NCBI GenBank assembly: GCA_009103225.1
Contig: RHPI01001327.1
Coordinates: 62,001 to 126,000 of the forward strand
Origin: Chlorokybus atmophyticus
Taxonomy: Eukaryota > Plantae > Mesostigma and Chlorokybus algae
Direction: 5' to 3'
Length of the DNA: 64,000 bases
Part shown: piece by piece, positions 59,578 to 64,000 of the stretch
Numbering within the stretch: position 1 is the stretch's first letter
How the letters are laid out: the number at the start of each line of letters is the position of its first letter
Position numbers and translations under genes: made by a program
Notes under the pieces: model-generated
Databases searched by the model: none
Told to the model about the DNA's origin: nothing
The model's input: only the letters and a program-made list of their open reading frames with translations

Positions 59578-60297
59578 TGTTGACTTTGTGTGCTACAGCA
59601 CAGCATGTACACTAGGGAGAACACCGACTCCACCTGCCCGGTCTACCCAGCAGCAGCAGACCAGCTGCACAAAGCACTTGTCACCATGAGGGTTGGGGTC
59701 ATCTTTTGTTTTTGCTGCGCGTTACACAGGTGGCGCAGCAGCATGTCCAGCAAGCATGGCTGTCCATGCAGCTGTCCGAGACAGCGTGACCTTCGACTCC
59801 CCTCGACCCGACAGGGGAGGTCGCCCTGCTGGAGGTTATGGAGAGGGAGGCCGTACAAGGCTGGCCTTTAGCTGCCATGAAGCAGCCAGAGCCAGCTCAG
59901 CGGGCTAGCTCTTCAGCGGCGGCGGAGGCAGCTGTCACATTGCCGTTGAGCCAGCCTGGGCGGCAGGGAGGTGAGCTCTTGTGCGGTCTTTTAGCATGCC
60001 GCACTTCTAGTGCTGCATGTGTACGTGCTCAGCTCCTCAACGGCTAAGTTGATGAAGAGCGGTAGGCCCATTGCGCTGCTCAGCCAACGGGCAGGCTGCT
60101 CATCATGCTTAAACATGTGAGTGAGTGCTGTCACCTATTGCGATGCAAAGCAAAGCAACTTAATAATGACTAAGTGCTTTACTGCAGCGCAAGGAATATT
60201 TGAGACTCCCTCAATTATTGAGAGGATTATGTCAAAAGGCTCTCTTTGCTATTAATTGTGCACAAATACGCGCACAATGCACGCGAGCCAGTCAACA
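59578..60297 (+). repeat. Putative 3' LTR of element E (720 bp) preceded by a PPT
   Basis: AGGGGGGG at 59565-59572; TGTTGACT...AGTCAACA 8-bp inverted termini; no second copy found in the window. Confidence 0.65.
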
Positions 60298-60704
60298 CTC
60301 ACGCACATCCACCTCTCCACACTGAAGAGGGGCCAGGTTAGCACAAAACAACCTATACAAGGTAATTATTTACTTGTTTAAGTTGAAAGTCTAGCTGGTC
60401 GCGGCGACTTGCCAGGCTTTGGTTGCCGCTGGCCTGGCGGCGGTCGGCCGCTGGCCTGGCGGCGGTCGACCACAGGGGGCAGGATTTGACGCGCGCGGCA
60501 GTCAGTCCGGCGGCCGATACAATGGTACCGGCGGCGACGCAGGTTGCGTCGCAGGAGGTTGCGCAGTAGGTGGCTTGCCAGGCTTCTGGCCTAGAGGATG
60601 TGAACGGCAGTGTTGCTAGCGGCCTGGTGGCTTGCTGGCGGCGTTGCTCTACCACGATAAATAACCACAATAACACAATAAGGCCCACCCACAATGAGGA
60701 CCTT

Positions 60705-61051
60705 GCTCCGATACCAAATGTGAAGGGAGAAATGTTAACTCCCCCTTTAATCCTCTACCCCAACACCCACGCCAACGACCCTACCCATGCCGCCGCCGTG
60801 ACTGTCGTGTTAAGAACCCCCGTTCCCTCACTGACTATCAGACATAGCTTTTACCAGTTTGGTTGATATCAATCGATTAGGGTAAGAATCGCGGATATCA
60901 CCTGTTGGGACTCGTGACTCAACTAACAATCATATAAGGGTCTTAATTAAGCATGGAGCGAGGAACCAATGGAGCTTGGCATATAACTGATCAATTAAGG
61001 TCATATAAAATGTCAAAGTGAAAACCTTCTTTAAGGGAAAAGCCCTTGACA
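60705..61051 (-). repeat. Element D 5' LTR plus initiator-Met-type primer binding site
   Basis: LTR 60719-61051 is homologous to 37036-37355; TGGTATCGGAGC on minus at 60716-60705, 2 nt from the LTR end. Confidence 0.92.
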
Positions 61052-61056
61052 CTTGC

Positions 61057-63177
61057 TCTTGCACTATATATAGTGCTTAAGCATCGTTGACAACTTGTTA
61101 AAAGCACATTGCGCAGCACATGCTTGCCCACAGTCATGTAACAGCAAGTTGGAATCAACAACAGGCACACCTATATCATTGTCCCATACAGCAACATCAC
61201 ATGTGCGCATGGAAGGGTGTATATTCAATATACAAGTAAGTTACCAAAAAAGTTTAACACAATTGGGGTAGCTGGCAGGGCCTTGCTGCTAAGAAAGCAG
61301 CTCTCCACCCCGTCATCCTATGCAATGGGCTTGTCTTTGGCCGGGTTGGGGCAGGTGACCACTCGATGGCCCTCCTCGCACTTAAGGCACACTCCGGCCT
61401 TAAAGCGGGCACCCTTTAGCTCTAGCTGACCTCTTGAAGGATACTAATGCGCTTCTTATTGGCAGGCTGGAAAGGTTGCTTACCCTTGTTGTGTGGGCGA
61501 CAGTGCTTGCCATTATTGCTTTTGCCATAGCCATTGCCGCCAGCAATTGTGGTGGTGGACGATGAGGGCTGGGAGCTATTCACAAGAGTCAGCTTCTTGG
61601 CCTAGTCGATCATGCGCTAGCTATTGTTATGCTGCATAGCCGTGGGCTTTGTCAAATTGTAGTCAGCATGCGTAAAGGATTCACGGCCTTCCTTGAAGGC
61701 CAATTGCTTCTGCATATCTTTTAGCAGAGCAGCTCAGTACTTGTCCATCTTCTGCGCATTAGAGAGCGGCATGTCGACCTCGGCACACATTGACTCGCAG
61801 AAATAAGTAAAGTCCTCCACTTACTACCCGGGCTTTACCTTCAAGCACCTGAGCTTGTCACGTGCTTTTTGCGATGGGTTCACACCCCCATAAGCCTGCA
61901 ACATCGTTGCCAGGCTCGTGACATCGTTGCCAGCCTCTAGGCGTGGAGAAGCCCCTTCCCACATGCGTGCAGCATTGCCCCGCAAGTAGGGTGCAACAGT
62001 GCAGTTACCTTGGCCTCGTGCTTAGGCATAATGCCAGCAGCACTTAACACACGCTTGCATCTAAATAACCAGTCACGCACAGCAACACCACGATCCTTGC
62101 CTTTCCCCTCATGAGCGCCTAATAAGAACTCAAGGCGTGGCATCATCTTGTAAGCGCGTGCAGCTGACATCTTAGCCAGCTGCTGCTCATGCTGTTCCTT
62201 CATGGATGTGTTGGCAGCCAACATGGCCTGCACCTGGATCTGGAGCTCAACTACTTGAGCTGCTAGCAGGTTGGCAGCATTTGCATCAGCCAAATTCATT
62301 GTAAAACTTTCAGTTGTGCACAAGCACGTAATGAGTGTGAATGCAACTGTCACACCCTCTCAACACCGCTCAAAGTGTATGCAACAATGCACAACGTGAA
62401 TGCCAGAGGCAGCGTTGGTTATAGCCCATACCTGATATGCAAGTGTGCCCGCAGCTGGAACAATCAACTAGCATGCAATCTCAGCCACACTGCTATAAAG
62501 CATCTGCAAGCAAAGAATGCAATGCATGTGCCAGCAACATATGTGCAAGCTGATGCACAAGCATGTAAGGCTTGGAAAAATATCACCGATACCAATGTCA
62601 CGTTGACCTCTTGGTACCTGCTGAGAGGGTTACAAACTTCTGCACAAGCATCTGAACTTTACTACACACCATGCGACCAGCAACAACCCACAAGGGAGTT
62701 GATTGGGAGAGCACCCTCCAATAGCTTTAGTCAGGCACCCCACACACAAGTAGCTGTGCAAGGCCAGTAATTGATTGCCACCACAAAGTGGTAGTCACGC
62801 GTTTATACTACCTGCTTCTCTCCAATCTGGCATAAAGGATGTGAGGTGGCGAGGCCAACAAGACCTCGCCACCTATGCGCTGAGCTGTTAGTACAGGCTG
62901 ACTGTGTCCACCCTTAGACACTTCAACATAGGCAGCACTCTTGCTGCCGTGGCGACTATGTGCTTAACACTGACCAGTCCAGTACTTACTAGTAAACAAT
63001 GACATGGGTAGCTGCTATGTTCGTATGCATTAAGTACATAACCACTGACTTCGTGAGCACATATGCCAGGTGCTACACACACCATGACTATATGGAATCC
63101 TCACTTGGTCCTTCTTACCACATAAATTGGGAACCGAGAGTGTCATAAGTGTTCTGTCCTGTCCTTTGAATGTGACA
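61057..63177 (-). mobile_element. Element C 5' half: gag, PBS and putative 5' LTR
   Basis: gag VRDWLFRCKR..; knuckle CLKCEEGHRVVTC at about 61389-61351; PBS TGGTATCGGTG on minus at 62594-62584; LTR 62596-63177 bounded by TGTCAC...GTGACA; frame continues across element D into 37030. Confidence 0.75.
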
Positions 63178-64000
63178 CCAACCTTGCATTATCATCAATT
63201 TGTGTATAACTAACATGTCATACCCATGTGCACTCATCTAGTTTGTGACATTGCTCGAATGATGGTATTCAATATAATAGCTTAAATATGTTGTGGAATC
63301 TAATTGTACATCCGTATTGTACGAATGTGGGTTACTCAACCATAAGCATCGCAAGAATGAACTGTCATGTTAAATTTAACTTGCGTGCAAGTTAATATGT
63401 AATCTTTCATACCACATCGTAAGGATTGCTTCTGCAAACAAAGGTATGAGGAGGGGGTGTGATGTTTGAGGTTAACAATACTAATGGTATATCACTCGAA
63501 TTTAATGCAGTGCACATGTGACAATATCGAATGTAATACACGTAGAAATTAGCCTTGTATTACCACTTCTACCACAATAGGACAATTAGCGATCAAGCAT
63601 TTGACCACATTTAATTTCACCACGCCATACACACCATTAGCAGCGTCGCGTTATAGCTCTCAACAATTGCGATACTTCTTTATGAGAGCTTGACAGCAAG
63701 GTGCATGGGCTGTGCTGTGTCAGCTTATTGTTAACATACCAATGGGCAAGAATGCCGGTGTTCTTTGAGTTGAAACCATTTATGTAACGGGAAGGGACCG
63801 CGGAATTCGTGTGTGAGGATTCCTGCCTTGCACACGAATTCCGCGGTCGTTGTTTCTCGATCCAGTAACGTTGTAAATGGTCATAAGTGCCGTCATCGAT
63901 GGGTCGCAACTTGCCTAATGGCAGTCGCGCCGGCATTTAGTCGGCGCGGCAGGACGCGACCTGCCTGTCGCGATGCGACCTGTGGGGCCGGCAGCGCTAT

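Larger units (their letters stand above)
49988..60297 (+). mobile_element. Element E, Ty3/gypsy retrotransposon encoding a C5 cytosine DNA methyltransferase and a PHD finger (inactive copy; 5' LTR not found)
   Basis: Domain order gag/knuckles, protease, DNMT, RT, RNase H, integrase, PHD, PPT, LTR; several stops and frameshifts. Confidence 0.92.
37036..61051 (-). mobile_element. Element D, chromovirus-type Ty3/gypsy LTR retrotransposon expanded to 24 kb by nested insertions
   Basis: Homologous LTRs 37036-37355 and 60719-61051; TSD CTTGC at 37031-37035 and 61052-61056; PBS and PPT in the expected places; gag, pol and chromodomain on the minus strand. Confidence 0.9.

Noticed and set aside
49988-60297. 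Classifying element E as DIRS because it has a methyltransferase
   Set aside because: It has an aspartic protease, an HHCC/DDE integrase after RNase H and a PPT-LTR. No tyrosine recombinase is visible, and the MTase is C5-type rather than Dam-type.
63637-63936. Minus ORF faintly like an integrase N-terminal region
   Set aside because: No diagnostic HHCC or DDE motif, and it lies at the window edge.

Overview
Eukaryotic nuclear DNA with GT-AG introns, GC-rich exons and TG/CA-rich introns, most consistent with a green alga. An early-diverging streptophyte is plausible but is inference only. The left half (about 3.7-33 kb) is gene-dense. It holds a partly decayed CCCH zinc-finger gene, five consecutive plastid/organelle-type genes (GIY-YIG-NFU, phosphoserine phosphatase, TrpRS, FtsH1/5, AlaRS), a SAR1 pseudogene fragment, BMS1 and a PP2-A10-like gene. 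A DnaJ fragment sits in BMS1 intron 1 next to an assembly N. The right half (about 34.6-63.2 kb) is a nested transposon stack that can be peeled using TSDs. An old Ty3/gypsy element (C) hosts a 24-kb chromovirus (D; both LTRs, PBS, PPT, TSD CTTGC). D hosts CAC-terminated DNA transposons, a pogo-like MITE, a tRNA-like box and a second Ty3/gypsy element (E). E encodes gag, protease, a Dnmt3-like C5 cytosine methyltransferase, RT, RNase H, integrase and a PHD finger, and its methyltransferase is split by a solo LTR. C and D share a further degenerate domain between the zinc knuckle and protease that resembles Dam-type adenine methyltransferases. All TE ORFs carry stops or frameshifts. All alignments were made by eye and no searches were run.
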